The notes beneath the pieces are model-generated. The model was not told the origin of the DNA, searched no databases, and saw nothing but the letters and a program-made list of their open reading frames with translations. From the NCBI RefSeq assembly GCF_006345805.1, contig NC_043000.1:88164001-88228000 (forward strand): a stretch of 64,000 nt of DNA, written 5' to 3'. This document shows positions 50,801 to 64,000 of this stretch, in pieces (the first letter of the stretch is position 1; the number at the start of each line of letters is the position of its first letter). The position numbers and the translations under genes are program-made. This DNA comes from Octopus sinensis. Lineage: Eukaryota.

Positions 50801-52220
50801 CTACCAAAGCAAAATGTTTTTTTATAAAAGATTTCATAATCTATCTTGCATAGATTATGTAATGAAAGGCCACGTAAAATATCTTGGGCTAATGGTAATA
50901 CGTTTCGTCATTTTTAGTTTTCAAAATGTGGATTTATATTGGCCAATTAGAAAAATTGAGGAAAGTGCAATTGGAAACTTTATTAGCTCCTCGAATTCTT
51001 TTATTTCCGTACGTGTAACGATAACTGCATTGTAAAATCTTACCTCTTCTAATAGTGAAATAATTATAATTATGTGATGATAAGAGAAGATCTTAAGAAT
51101 TTTACCTATAGTTTTTCAAAGGCTTCTTCAGGATTCATTTCGGAATGACCGCATACAAAATACCTCAGTAGAGCAAGTTCAATGAATCTGCATTCATATC
51201 AACTTCCTATAAGGGAATGTGTTCAAATTTGGCTTTTACATTATATTGCTTCCCTTTCACAGATGATCACCGTCTCTTTGTTTCTTCCTCGTTGTCAACA
51301 GCATCTGTAAATTCCTGTCCATGACTTTTCTGATCCGCTGCAGATCTGCATCGTACAAAGAAGGTAGCACCTTATAGGCTTTGCATCACAATGGGCATAG
51401 CTTTATTGATGTCCAAATGATTGACCTGCTCGTTACCTGTAAGTAGCCATACTGTTCTTTAGCAATTTGGATAAATTTGAAACCTATCTCGTAGTACTTG
51501 ACGCTGTAACAGAGTAGTTTCGTACTGGTTAAAATCAGTACACAGATCTTTTAATCCCGAACACTTTTTTTCTAATGAATTCAATTTTCAAAGTTACGAT
51601 TAATAAAATCCGCAAGTATTGCTCCGTAAACATAGCATCTCACCTCATAATAATGTATAAATTCCTATTCGTCCTTTAAATCACGTGACAGCTGCTATAG
51701 TTAGCAGGTATCAATTGATAGTTGCTGTACAAATCGTTAGGATAGAAGGATATGAAAGAAAAGACTTACGCTAATGTGTTTTCTGCAAAAAAACATTTTG
51801 TTTAGGTTGCGAAAAGTAGACGCTTACTTTATAAATAATCAAAAATAGTCGGAAAAGAGTCCATAAAATCAAAGCATGCGAAAAGAAGCTACAATAAATA
51901 TTGAGATACAGAAGATAGAGTACAACCAACAATAATTCGAACATTTCTGGAATTGTATTCTCTTTACTAACAAATAGGTAGGAGGGTAAATAATTTTCTA
52001 CTTCCTTATCGTGCAGATGATAACTGTATCGAGATCAGCTTCTTGTAAATAATTACCAACCTTATAATTATCTTTTCGCATTGTGTTTTCACAAAATAAT
52101 ATAATCGTTTACCGAATTATAGTCTACGAGTCTACGGGTTCTACAACATGACTTATATAATGTTTGTGAGTAAAGAATGACCGTCACAGACAAATTTTCT
52201 TCCTTTGTAGAAGATATCCA

Positions 52221-52260
<40 letters not shown>

Positions 52261-53324
52261 TGTGTGTTGAAAGAACTCGGTAGATCATGATTAATCACCC
52301 GGTGGCTGTCTACGAACACAATTCGTTTCTCATTACATCATTTAAACCTTCTGGAAAGAAGGAATAGTGAAGCACACTGATGTTTTTTTAATTTCTTTCT
52401 CTATAGAAATTGGAGCTAATCAAAGCAAAACAATCTTAATTTTCATACTAATTACTTTATTTCTTTCTAAAGAAATTTGATTAGTTGACATGACAGATTA
52501 AACTGTTAAGATGAAAGCAAGCGAAATCAGAAGAGAGCCAGCAGTTCATTTAAAAGGAAATATTTCCTTAGAATAAACATGCTAAAACTTTCAATCTGTT
52601 AATTAATATATTTAGTTGGCATTGAGGTTAACTTGTTTTGTCAGTTTAGTTGGTATCAGATCCATTAAAACTTCATTGATTTTTAAACTTTAAATAATGA
52701 TATCTGTTGACTTGGCAGCAGCCCAGTTTAACAAGACAGATTTAGTCCAAACAAGAACTTGTTGAAAGAAACGAAGTTGATGCTGTCGGAGAGAACATGG
52801 CCGGCCCGTACGTGTAAGTAGGCACCAGTGTTGCATGAGGCAAGACTCTAAAATAAATATCACAAGGCATCACTCCCGATGCTCTCACAGCTCTGCTAAT
52901 AAGCCGCACTGGAATGTTACTTTCTTTTCTAACCCACTTATAAGTAAAAGGCAAGGTACGTCACGGTGGAATTAGAATTCAGAGCGGAGAGTCAAAAACA
53001 TTATCGTCGGTAGTCTAACGAATCTGTCGTACATAATAACACGTACATACTCACACACACATACCAACACTATGTATTTGTGTATGTGTGTGCGTGTCCG
53101 TGTGTGTGGATGAAGTGGTACTAAAAACTATGTCATTCATAATGTGTTTCCGCACACCTAATATATAATAAGCACAATTAAGAGGAACTATAATTTTTAG
53201 GCAACTCTGGTGACACTGAGAAAATAGCATGTACAGGACGTTTAGTGAAACATTATCTAGAGTGAGTTCCTATTTTCAGCTTTAGATTCACAAGGAGAAA
53301 TTGCAGTTAATTCTTATATTACTT

Positions 53325-53530
53325 TCAAATTTTGGCACAAGGCCAACAATTTCGGTGGAGGATAGTTGGTTACATCGACCCCAGTATTCGACTGGTACTT
53401 ATTTAATCGACTCCGAAAGGGTGAATGGCAAAGACGACCTCGGCAGAATTTGAACTCAGGACGTAAAGTCGGACGAAATGCCGCGAAGTATTTTTCCCAA
53501 CGTGCTAATGATTCTGTCAGCTCGCCGCCT
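53325..53530 (-). mobile_element. SINE family B
   Basis: ggcacaaggccaacaatttcgg...gacctcggcagaatttgaactcaggacgtaaag...ctgtcagctcgccgcc. Confidence 0.85.
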
Positions 53531-55489
53531 TAGTTAATTCTTAAATCAGAAACTTTAACTTGAAGCATTTGAACAAAAATTTAGGTTTAGATTTTCTCTG
53601 AGCTAAAAGGATTCAAGTAGCTAAAACAAGTCACGCAACAATCTACAAGGATATTCTGAAGAATCAGTTTTCAAGACGAAAGCGTTTAATCGGAATGATA
53701 GAGCATATGAAGTCAAGCAATTAAAAAAATAAGTATGAATAAAATACCTTTGAAATGTGAATATTATATGTTAGTATTTAAAAGGAAAATGGAATTATTT
53801 TGTTGAGAGAGAAAGAAGGAGAGAGAGAAAGAGAGGCAGGGACAGAGAAAGGGGATTGAAAGAGAGCGAGAGAGGAAAGAGAAGGGAAGTGGTTTTATGG
53901 ACCAAAGAAGAGTCGTTGTTATTTATTTATGGAAAATCTTCGTCAATGATATACATAATTGTTCTTGGTATGAAGAGATGAAAAATGTTAGGTTAGCAAG
54001 ACGGAAATGTTGCTTAAAATCTTTTCGGTAAATGAGAAGAAAGGAATTTTTCATAATACCCAACTCGTTAAATTTCATATCAGCATATGTCTTACAAATG
54101 TATACACTTACACATACGTACTTAAATACATGGAAGTATACATGCACAAATGGCTACAAATATATATAATGCATGTAAGTAAATATGTATGCGTACATTC
54201 GTATATAGATGCATGCATTAATACATTTATATACATACGTGTATAAATACACGCATACATAATTGCATATATATATATACTTATATCCATACATGCACAC
54301 ATACATACTTTCATATACATACATGCATATATACATACATACATACATACATAAATTGCTCCGTTTCACAGATGATCGCCGTCTCTTTGTGCTTCTTCGT
54401 TGTCAATGTTATTTATAACTCTCCGTCAATGACTTCGCTGACTGTTATCTTGATCTGTTGCATATCTGCATAGTTAGCAGCATAGATGATTGACGAGAGC
54501 TGTAACTTCAACTGATCTGATCGGGTTACTTTATGAGATACGATCTTTGTGAACTGTCATGTCTTTTTCAACCTTGCAAACTCTTCCGCATATTATACAT
54601 GTCAAACATCTGGTCTAGTTGGGAGGACATGGCATACAGTTGGTCTTTTATGGAAGTGCAAATGGTTGACATACTCAGCCATAGAAAGGAGTACACCGTC
54701 ATAGTTTTCACCCCTTTAATGCTTTATGTCTCCATTGAGGTTCCGACGACAGACCTTTCGAAGACGACGCGTTAGGGTTTCATGCTGGCGGCCACCCACT
54801 TCAAAATTTTAACACCGTTCACTTATAAAGTCGCTCCACTCATTTCTTCACAGTGCCAGATTTCCCCCTGTTCTTTACGTCGATTTGCAGTTCCTTTAGG
54901 TTGCCGCCTTTGACGTTTTTCTTACTTTTAACTGACGATGCTAAAAGCACAACATGGAAAAGTAAAATACTTTACAGTTAGAATGCCCAAGCATTCAGTC
55001 GTTTATAGTATATGTACATAAATGCATACATGTATGCATAAACACATACATACGCACACCCATAAATACATATATATATATATACATGCATCATACATAT
55101 ATAAGCACATATATGTATGCTGAATAGTAAATTTTTCATCGACACAAGTTCACATCTATGTCTATGTGTATGGATGCGTTTCAGTATGAATGTGTGCGTG
55201 TGTTGGTATATTTATATTTCCCTACAGATTCGATAAATTTGATAAGTGTGTTTGCAGCTAAGTCTTTTTTCTACAATCATACTCAGAAAATTTTTCATAT
55301 TCCCAAATTAACTGATGCAACTATAGAAATTCTGATAATAAAGTTTTAAATGTATTGATACACACACACACAGTTATACACTCAGAACAAGGGATAGAGA
55401 GCAAGAACTGAAAGAGAGAGTGAATGCGCAAAATATATAGGGGGACTACAGTAAGAGCGTAGAAAGAGAAAATAGACACTCGTCAAATA

Positions 55490-56330
55490 ATAATAATATA
55501 AAGGTTTCATATTGGCGGCACAAGATCAAAGCTTTCTTACCAGAAACTATCAGGTTAACATTCTTCAAAACGGTTCTGACCCTAAATACAGAGTCTACGA
55601 CGCATTTGACGAAACAATAGACCATCTTGTTTTGAGGTGTCCTGTGCCGACACAAAACAAATATAAAAATCGCCCCGATAGGATAGGACAGTATTTACAT
55701 TGGATAACATGTAAATTCTACAAAATTGGCATTCTTGTTTCCTGGTATGACTATTATGATGTTACTGTCCTCTGGGATTTTCCAGTCAACACTGACAGAA
55801 CGATGCAGGCTAATCGACCAGACATAATTATAATAGATAGGGAAGAAAATACCTGTAGACTAATAGATGTAAGTGTTACCACCGATAAAAAGATAACTGT
55901 AAAAGAATTTGACAAATTAAGTAAATATAAGGATCTGGAAATTGAAATACAAAAAAATGTGGGATCTTAAAGCAAGAATTGTTCCTGTTATTGTAGGTGC
56001 CCTATGGTTGATAAAAAAACGGGATGTCAGAAACATCTAGATAACATCCCAGAAGGATCGTGTCTATGAAAAATCCAAAAGATGGTGCTGACAAGTACTG
56101 CTCACATCCGTAGAAAAACCCTATCAATTTAAATGCCTGTGTTGTATTACATGAAGATATTTCGCTACTGCCCATGCTACTTCCCCTCCCGAAGCTTTCA
56201 ATCATACTGTAATATCTCTTATCCTTCACTCGCCCTAGGACGCTTGGTGTGTCTCAGCAAGTGATTGTAACAAACATGCAGATTAGAAGTAAATAACAAC
56301 AACAAAAACAACAACAATAATAATAATCTT
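55490..56330 (+). mobile_element. R4/Dong-like (RLE-type) non-LTR retrotransposon, 3' fragment with (AAC/AAT)n tail
   Basis: AAQDQSFLTRNYQ, DETIDHLVLRC (decayed CCHC) and LWDFPVNTDRTMQANRPDIIII...LIDVSV...KLSKYKDL (PD-(D/E)xK restriction-like endonuclease). Downstream frames give IVPVIVGAL and QKMVLTSTAHI. Confidence 0.85.
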
Positions 56331-56530
56331 TTCAACTATAGGCACAAAGGCTGATATTTTGGTGGAGGGGTTAAGTCGAGTAAATCGACCCCGGTGTTTA
56401 ACTGACACTTATTTCATCGACCTCGTAAAGAGGAAAGGCAAAAATTTGAACTCCGAACGTAAGAACGGACGAAATGCCGTTAAGCATTTTGCCTAGTGTG
56501 TTAAATATTTTGCCATCTCATCGTCTTAAG
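56330..56530 (-). mobile_element. SINE family B
   Basis: tcttttcaactataggcacaaaggctg...aatttgaactccgaacgtaagaacggacgaaatgcc. Confidence 0.85.
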
Positions 56531-56567
56531 AATAGTAGTAGTAGTAGTAGTAGTAGCAATAATAATA

Positions 56568-56618
<51 letters not shown>

Positions 56619-56624
56619 TTAATA

Positions 56625-57167
56625 AACCAGGCAGTGGCTGTCATAGCTTCTGATCTTAACTGATTGGAAGTGTTACCATGTACATTATTTTGTCTTGGTA
56701 TTAAAGATGGGCTATATCAAATATTCTGCTCAATACCACAGATTTACTTGTCTGTAGTTTTACCTTAACCAGTTGAGCATGTACCTTAGTGACTGACGAT
56801 ATCTTTATCTCTGATCCCAAGCAGAAGTAGTGGGGAAAGCATCATAGCCACGTGTTGAGAGGAATTTTTGTGGATTTAGATAATTCATATCTGGAAACAT
56901 GGGTGTTTCGATCAACATCCTTAAACAACACTTATTCGGGGACTTTATATTTGTTATGGGCTACTAGACCCGAAGAGAATTCTAACTGGACCCCACCTGC
57001 AAGGTCGCATGCTGTTAATCTCGATATGAGATCACCATGTTGCGCACACATGGTTGTGAGGCATGTGCCTGGTGTACCCTTATCAGACGAGTAGCCATGA
57101 TGGGTATACTGGGCTTCGTATATTTTACCCCAGTGTCACTTTGATGGCTTGCACTGCTCTCCTATTC

Positions 57168-57216
<49 letters not shown>

Positions 57217-57220
57217 TAAC
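56625..57220 (+). mobile_element. Unclassified retroposon-like segment ending in an (AAT)n tail
   Basis: GC-elevated non-coding block between (AAT)n tracts; classification is inference. Confidence 0.4.
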
Positions 57221-57224
57221 AATC

Positions 57225-57440
57225 CTTTCTTCTATAGGCACAAATCCTAAAAGTTTTGGTGACGGGGACAGTCGATTTCAACGGCCCCGGTACTCAATTG
57301 GTACTTGATTTATCAACCCCGAATGTATGAAAGACAAAACCGACCTCGGCGGAATTTGAACTCTGAACGTAAGGACAGATGAAATGACGCTAAGCATTTT
57401 GCCCAGCGTGCTAATGATTCTGTTAGCTCGCCGCCTTAAT
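57225..57440 (-). mobile_element. SINE family B
   Basis: tcctttcttctataggcaca...gacctcggcggaatttgaactctgaacgtaagg...ctgttagctcgccgcc. Confidence 0.85.
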
Positions 57441-58519
57441 GATAATAATAATGATAATAAACAGAGAAATCGGAATAGAAATATGTTAGAGAAATCGGAA
57501 TTGATATGAGAGCAGAGCAAGACATAAAATCTGCTCTTCTGAGGAAAGCCAAGATTTTGATATTGGTACCTGGTGTTGGATGTCTTCCACGATAATTAAC
57601 AACCAATTATCAAAGCTTACAATGTACGGAAAGAGACTCTGTTAGATCTCTGACAACAGGCTGCTGCCCGCTCTTACAAAATCCACCAGAGCAAACAAGA
57701 CTGAGAAGTAAAACAATAATTAATGAATAAAGCAATGGCAGTAATTATTGGAAATTAGCAAACCAATGAATTGAAAACATCCATTCTCACATATTTCTGA
57801 TTATTGTATATAACATATAATGCCTGTCATTGAAAATGACTGAATTAGCTTGCATATTAAGTTACATTACGGTTCGTAGATATCAATAAAATTGAAACAT
57901 TGAAACTCTGACTATCCTCTTTCTTTTTCACTCCATAGCTATCTCTGCTTACCATAGTTTTGATGGACGTAGTTTTAGCTACTGCGATTAAGTTTATTGT
58001 AACGTAATCATCCCATAATTTGTGCAGTGTGTAATTTTATTTATGTGCTTGAAAATGGTGCGCGAATTATTACAAATAAGCAGCTGAACCTTCACTATAA
58101 CTCTTTCTTTTTAGTCACTCGTGCAAGAGGACATGTTATACGCTTATCAAGAAAGTTACTGTGTTCCTGTGTAAGTTGAAAATGTAATTCTATCCGTAAG
58201 AAATAGTGATACCACGATAGAATATATCTGAAAGAAAGCGAAAGTTATTACTTGAAATATTAATTATAAAATTCTGTATAAAAACCAGGTTTCATCCAGG
58301 TAAGTGAACGAATATCGTGGTGAATATAAAGCAGCGTCTTTGTTATTAAACGTGCAATCTGTTTGAGTACTTTGTTTCGAAAATTGAAATTATAAGTAGT
58401 CAGATTCAATTGATAAAAGTAATAATATTATGAATGATCCTTACAGACGTTTTCCCTCAAATGGAAGAAAAGAAATATTAAGATGGGATGGCAAAAATTA
58501 CTGTCGGTAAATATTGATT

Positions 58520-59330
58520 AGGGATGTTAAAACTCAAACAGGAATGCTAGTGCACATGAAAAAGTTGTTATGGAATCTGTTACTAAATTAAAAGAAGATA
58601 ATCGAAGAAAATTACAATGATCGTCAAATCTTTTGCATGGACAAAACCTGCCTTTTCTGGAAGTAAATGCCATCAAGAAATTTTTATAGCAAAACATGAA
58701 ACCTTGCAGCCTTGTTGCAAATCATTAAATTATTGGCTAATCACGTTACTTGAAGGCAACACTGAAAGGACTTCAAAGTAAAACTGGTCTTTATTAATCA
58801 AACCAAAGAAATTTTATAATTTCACAAGCAATATTTGCAGTCGTTTGGCAACCATATAAAATGGCTTCGGTCACCACGTCATATTTTTTGTCCGGATGTT
58901 GAAAGATATTGCTAAAGAAATTAGCTTTCAGTTGTAATAATTTTTGATATGTTGTCATCTTAACACGCTTAGTATTTCTTATTTTGCTACTAAGCAATAT
59001 TGTTGCTGTATTCCATGCATCAGAGGACATCAATTACATTAAAGGCTGGTTATTGTGGAAGAATTCAGTAATTAAAGTCCCCATTGGTGGTGATGTTATT
59101 ACTCTTCAAATGTTTTGGAATAAAATTAACGTTAAGAATACAGCTGAAAATATTCACGATGAAATGAAGGACAGCAGTTTGAAAGAATCTGGATGAAAGT
59201 AGCATCCGAGTACCTTTTGCTCGACCGTATAAGTTGATAATCTCAAATATTTACTGAATAAACTCATTGATGAAACGGCTACCAATGCTTGAGAATTGGA
59301 TTTCGATGATATTGAAGAATTGGTTTCACA
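58520..59330 (+). mobile_element. Decayed Tigger/pogo-like DDE transposase fragment
   Basis: Across shifted frames: KIIEENYNDRQIFCMDKTCLFWK*MPSR, ITLLEGNT, FKVKL, FWNKINVKNTAENI. These resemble Tigger QVFNADETGLFWKKMPSRT, TLLLGGNA and FWK...AIDNI. Confidence 0.65.
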
Positions 59331-60944
59331 TATAAAGTGATGTCTCATTGAAATCAAACATCAATCATCATGTGAAAAGGAAGAAAATAATTTATGCTTG
59401 GAAGAAAATCATGCCAAAAATACTCAGTTGGCCCTTCATAACATCTTTGGTAAAAGATTAATGATTTGCCCTACTTACGAATTGTCTACTTATATTTTAA
59501 AGAAATAATTATAATTCTCACTAGTTTTCATAGTCAATATGCATTTGATGTCTGAAATGTCACTCGGTCTACATAATCTAAAGCATCGTACATTTTCAAA
59601 ACATCAGAGTGCGATTTGAGGGAAATTTGACTGCTATTTCTAGCAGATAATGTAACCACGTAGATGCTCTTTGTTGAATTTATCTTCTCTTATGGAGAAG
59701 GGTTATGACAGAAGCGTTCAATGAGTGATTATGAAAACAATTTGTATTGACACTACACCTCAAATCAATCCAATATGGATCAACAATATACCCTTCCAGC
59801 TAATCAGGTAAGTTTATGCTTAGGACTGAACTTGTTACTTTTAATCCAGAAACCAATGTATATTGATCAATATAATGTAGACTGAATGCCCACCTTTTTA
59901 CTAAACACTCGACACTGCCTTTTAGCCACTTGATCTATAAACATATGATAGCCGTAACCTTTTTAAAACTCTGTTAATTTTATACACTCACTACCCTAAC
60001 AAAATATCTGTTAGATTTCTATTACCTTCTAAATCCAGATGGCGTTGACACTTTAGAAGCAACAGCAGTTTCTATCGACTAAAACGTTCAAAACCGCGAC
60101 TGGCTAACTCTTGTGTTTAATCAAGTATTTTTATTGAAAACACAAGAAATGTTACGGGAAATAGCTGTACTTCGACATTTTGTCATTCGTTGATATTTAA
60201 GAATACTTCAGAAAGAACTTTGGAGTAAGCTTATGTTTGCTTTTTATTTTGAGAATAATACAAAATTTGACTCAGTTTCATGAATCGTATTTACTTTGCT
60301 TTTTATGAATCCTCTTTCATTTTAAGTCAGTGTTTCATTATAAAAAGCAAGAAACCCACCCGTATTTATTCTGGATATATTTTTTTTATCTTCAAGGATT
60401 CTGCCAAAGGACTGGAATGATATATTACTTACAACTAATTCAATTTTGAAACGGTCACAAATACAATTATATGATCCACACAATTTGCCAAATATATATA
60501 TTGCAGTTCACAGATTTGACATAATATCACCTTATTTCCCGTAACAAACGCTGTTCACATCCAGTTACTAACGATCTATTGTATAGATGGCTCAGACACT
60601 TAATGCACGCTGGATTAGTTCATAGTATTTGCAAGTGGAATCAAAGAGGTGGCCGAAAAATTGTTTAGTGTGATTTGCGATGCTAAGTGTAAATATGTAA
60701 CCAGTAAATATATATATTTGAAGACGCTGAGATTCAACAGACTAACTGGTACCACAAAATCTCAAAGGAACTTCAGGGCCACGCGTTTCAAAACATATTT
60801 TGGAACGTATTATCTCCACTTTCACCATGCATGGGAGTATAAGTAAATTTGAATAGAAACTGTATAGTGAACACTGTCATCATAAGCAAACATCAGGTTT
60901 TATTATGAGTCTTCTGCAAAAATAAATAAAATTACCCTTTCCGT

Positions 60945-61140
60945 TATATGCACAAAAATTGTAATTTGGGGGAACGGGGCCAGTTGATTGCACGACGTCA
61001 GTGATTGACTGGTACTAATCTTTTCTAAAGAATGAACAACAAAGATGACCACAGCAGAATTTGAACTCAGAACGCAAAGACGGGCAAAATTTCGCCAAGC
61101 ACGTTGTTTGGGATGCTTAACGAATCTGCCAGGTCGCTGC
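60945..61140 (-). mobile_element. SINE family B, diverged
   Basis: gcacaaaaattgtaatttgggggaacgggg...cagcagaatttgaactcagaacgcaaagacgg. Confidence 0.75.
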
Positions 61141-61693
61141 TTAAAAATTAAGTAGCTAATAAAAATTATATGATGCAGTTTTCATCTGAAACAATTTTTT
61201 CTTTTTACCTAAATAAACTTTAAGATGTTTAATGAATTTTGAGCAATCATTTTCTTCTGTTTCTCTTAAGACATAAAAATTAATTTTCTTTAAATGTTAT
61301 TTTAACTACGACCATTTAATACCAATGATCAACTTCTAATTGTTAATCGTTACTCCATTTTTTTTTATCTGAATATATTAAAGTACGGTTTATATTTAAA
61401 TCGCCAACTACTGTTAACCTTATAGCGAGGCGTATACATAATTAGGTAATATACCGGTAGTGTCTACGGATACATTTATCCCTTACACGGTTGCATAACC
61501 CCTAACTCATAATTACATATATATATATTTCTATGTGAGTTAGAGGCTGGAAAACCAACCAAGGGATACTATCTGTCCAATATACTGGTGGTAGTGTACC
61601 CAATTATTCATACCAAAGTGTTAGTTATTGCGTAGTAATCTCGCAATTGAGCGTTATATATGGGCGGAGCTAAAAAGTGGTTTACCCTTAATT

Positions 61694-61819
61694 TATACGG
61701 CAAATAAGAAAATGGAGAGGATACAAAAACGACATGCATCAGCCGGTAGACATTCTAGTATGTCTACCGGCTGACGTATGTCGTTTTTGTATTCTCTACA
61801 TTTTCTTATTTGCCGTATA
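61694..61819. mobile_element. Short palindromic MITE-like hairpin (60-bp arms, 6-nt loop), TA-bounded
   Basis: tatacggcaaataagaaaatg...cagccggtagacat-tctagt-atgtctaccggctg...cattttcttatttgccgtata. Confidence 0.85.
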
Positions 61820-61821
61820 TA

Positions 61822-61872
<51 letters not shown>

Positions 61873-62104
61873 AGGATGTGGCAAAAAAACTCAGATCAGC
61901 ATTCTTGATACGCGTTTCAACAGCAAATACCTGGTGTCAAAATAATGATGGCAATTATAGAAAAGCAATAAAACGTTACTTATGTGGAGATGATTTTACT
62001 ACTCATCAAACGTTACAAGGATCATGTGAATGGCTGTGTAACATAAGGAAGCTTTTCTAGTGTACGCTGTGTGTATGTAATGCACATAATATGCATATAA
62101 CGGA

Positions 62105-62230
62105 ATATCGGAGAAATTTTTTGCGCTATTCTTTCAGTCTCTCTATGTTCTGAGTTCAGTTCTCACTAGCGTCAAGATTACTTTTCATTTCTACTGAATC
62201 AATTAATATATCATTCATGTAGTGGGATTG
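62105..62230 (+). mobile_element. SINE family B fragment, diverged
   Basis: ctattctttcagtctctctatgttctgagttcagttctcac...ttttcatttctactgaatcaattaa. Confidence 0.5.
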
Positions 62231-64000
62231 ATATTACCGACTATATCTCTCTCCTCAATACTATTGGTGTTGTCCCAGAATTAACAAATTCGAAAAAATA
62301 TATGAACATTTTTTGATTTCCCATCATTTTTCAAAACGTGAATATATTCTTTTGCAGAATCATTTGTAAAAACAGTTTTCAATCCTGATATAATATTTTA
62401 AAAAGCCTCCGAGCTTTATACGTTATATTTATTACATATGAAATACATAATTAGACAAATAAACCAGTTAATTTCACAAATAACAAGTCTTTCTTTTCAA
62501 ACAAATAATAAATACCCTCTAGTAACACGAGATTGTTTAACATTAAATACATCAAATAAATCAACTGATTTAATCTTGAAAACTACGGACGTAATCCTTG
62601 GATAAATTCTTTTGAATCAGAATGCTAAGCAGAAGCAGTACTGTGTTTAAATAACAAAATAACAAAAGAAACATTCGCCTTTTAAAGAGAATTAAAGATC
62701 AGGCTAACATTTTTATTTGACAGAAAATTAACTTGAGGCTATCAATGTTCTTTATGATTTCATCTTATTCATTTTAAATCGTTTAGTTTCGGCCGTCAAT
62801 AAAACAAATAACGAAATCAAAACTGTTTTATTTCAAACATTTACTGTTTTAATAAGAACAATGTTAGGAAACTATTCTTGGCGATTAAAGTAAACCAATA
62901 TTAGTTAACACGTGTTAGATTTTATTTACTGTCATATCCTCACTTTGTATTTTCTCCCAAAACGTTTTGCATGAACAAATTGCAAGTAACTTACTTTTAG
63001 TGAATGAGTTTTTCTTTGGAAAACTTCTTAAGAGTCTCTACTTCGATTATTGTTCTTTTTTCTTTTCTCCTTCTGTAACAAGGTCTGCCTGTGCTTCCCA
63101 CCTTCACTATAAATAGCTTACTACTTCAGCATTGAAGTGCTTTTCATTTTTATCACCCTTGTGCCTCCATAAATAAATCACGACTCATTGATTAGTATTC
63201 TTTATTCATTTGTTTTACTTTTTTCTTCCTGCCATTATAGTTTTAATCATGATTATGAATAATTTAATCGGATGAAACTAACAATGCTAAAATATTACAC
63301 GAATCATTAAATGAAATATAACTTCCAAAAAAAGATACAATTAAAATGACAATAAAACTAGCAGTCATTGCATGTCAGTGCATTCACTCATCATAAAGAA
63401 TATTTTCTAAATGTTCTCTTGATGATATTCATAGATTACATTTAATGAAAGAATGTCATGTTGCCGTGTGATTTCTGAAAAGAGTAATGAAACATGCTAC
63501 ATCAAGTAGTGATATTTAAAACCCAAATAATTCCATTTAGGATTATGAATGTGGCAGCATTATGCATTGCTTTAAATTAAATTAGTGTACATTGACAGCA
63601 GCAAGGAATATAAAATAAAAATAACATCGATTTCCTTGAATACCCACATGTCCAATGTATCATGTTTTAAGATTTGAAATTTCAAACTGTACGAGAAACC
63701 TGAAGAATCTTTGCCAACGGCTATACTTTCGACGTATTGTCTGCTTTGTAAGAATGATTTGATATCAATACTTTTTCTCAGCTGAGAACCAAATAAACCA
63801 AAATAAAGTATTGACTAAGGTTTGTCTTCTTGGATTATCCATTTCTTACATACAGGACAAAAATATCGCCTTAAGAATGAAAATACTACAGTATCGACCT
63901 GACCATCGGATGCCGTTACACAACGCTGGTCACAATGTGCTTCCCCACATTGTTTTAGTTTTTGAATGATGCCACCCTGCTGGCTAGACGGGCAGGCTAA

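Noticed and set aside
52746-52813. Possible exon ending in GTAAGT (SKQELVERNEVDAVGENMAGPY)
   Set aside because: Poor acceptor context and no homology recognised; cannot be supported without RNA data.

Overview
AT-rich, microsatellite-dense eukaryotic DNA made up almost entirely of mobile-element remnants. The SINE and microsatellite content suggests an octopus (inference from recalled repeat sequences, no search run). No host gene, rRNA, genuine tRNA gene or CRISPR array can be supported; most short ORFs in the track are translated microsatellites. Main content: (1) a near full-length Tx1/L1-clade LINE (38781-45160; zinc-knuckle ORF1, APE-RT ORF2) and a 5'-truncated sister copy (37628-38615), both flanked on each side by (TATC)n, suggesting microsatellite-specific targeting; (2) a 5'-truncated Penelope-like element (PLE) with a GIY-YIG endonuclease and an inverted pseudo-LTR (45251-47257), each pLTR carrying a type-I hammerhead ribozyme (HHR) with a long stem II; (3) a ~4.6-kb non-coding inverted-repeat element (19041-23626) whose ~2-kb arms each end in an intact minimal HHR; (4) several further degenerate HHR-bearing pLTR remnants in (TA)n; (5) three TA-bounded foldback/MITE-like palindromes; (6) decayed R4/Dong-like, RTE, mariner and Tigger fragments and many tRNA-derived SINEs. 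Frameshifts in the young elements are mostly small indels, which may be long-read assembly error rather than decay. Boundaries were read by eye and may be off by a few bases.
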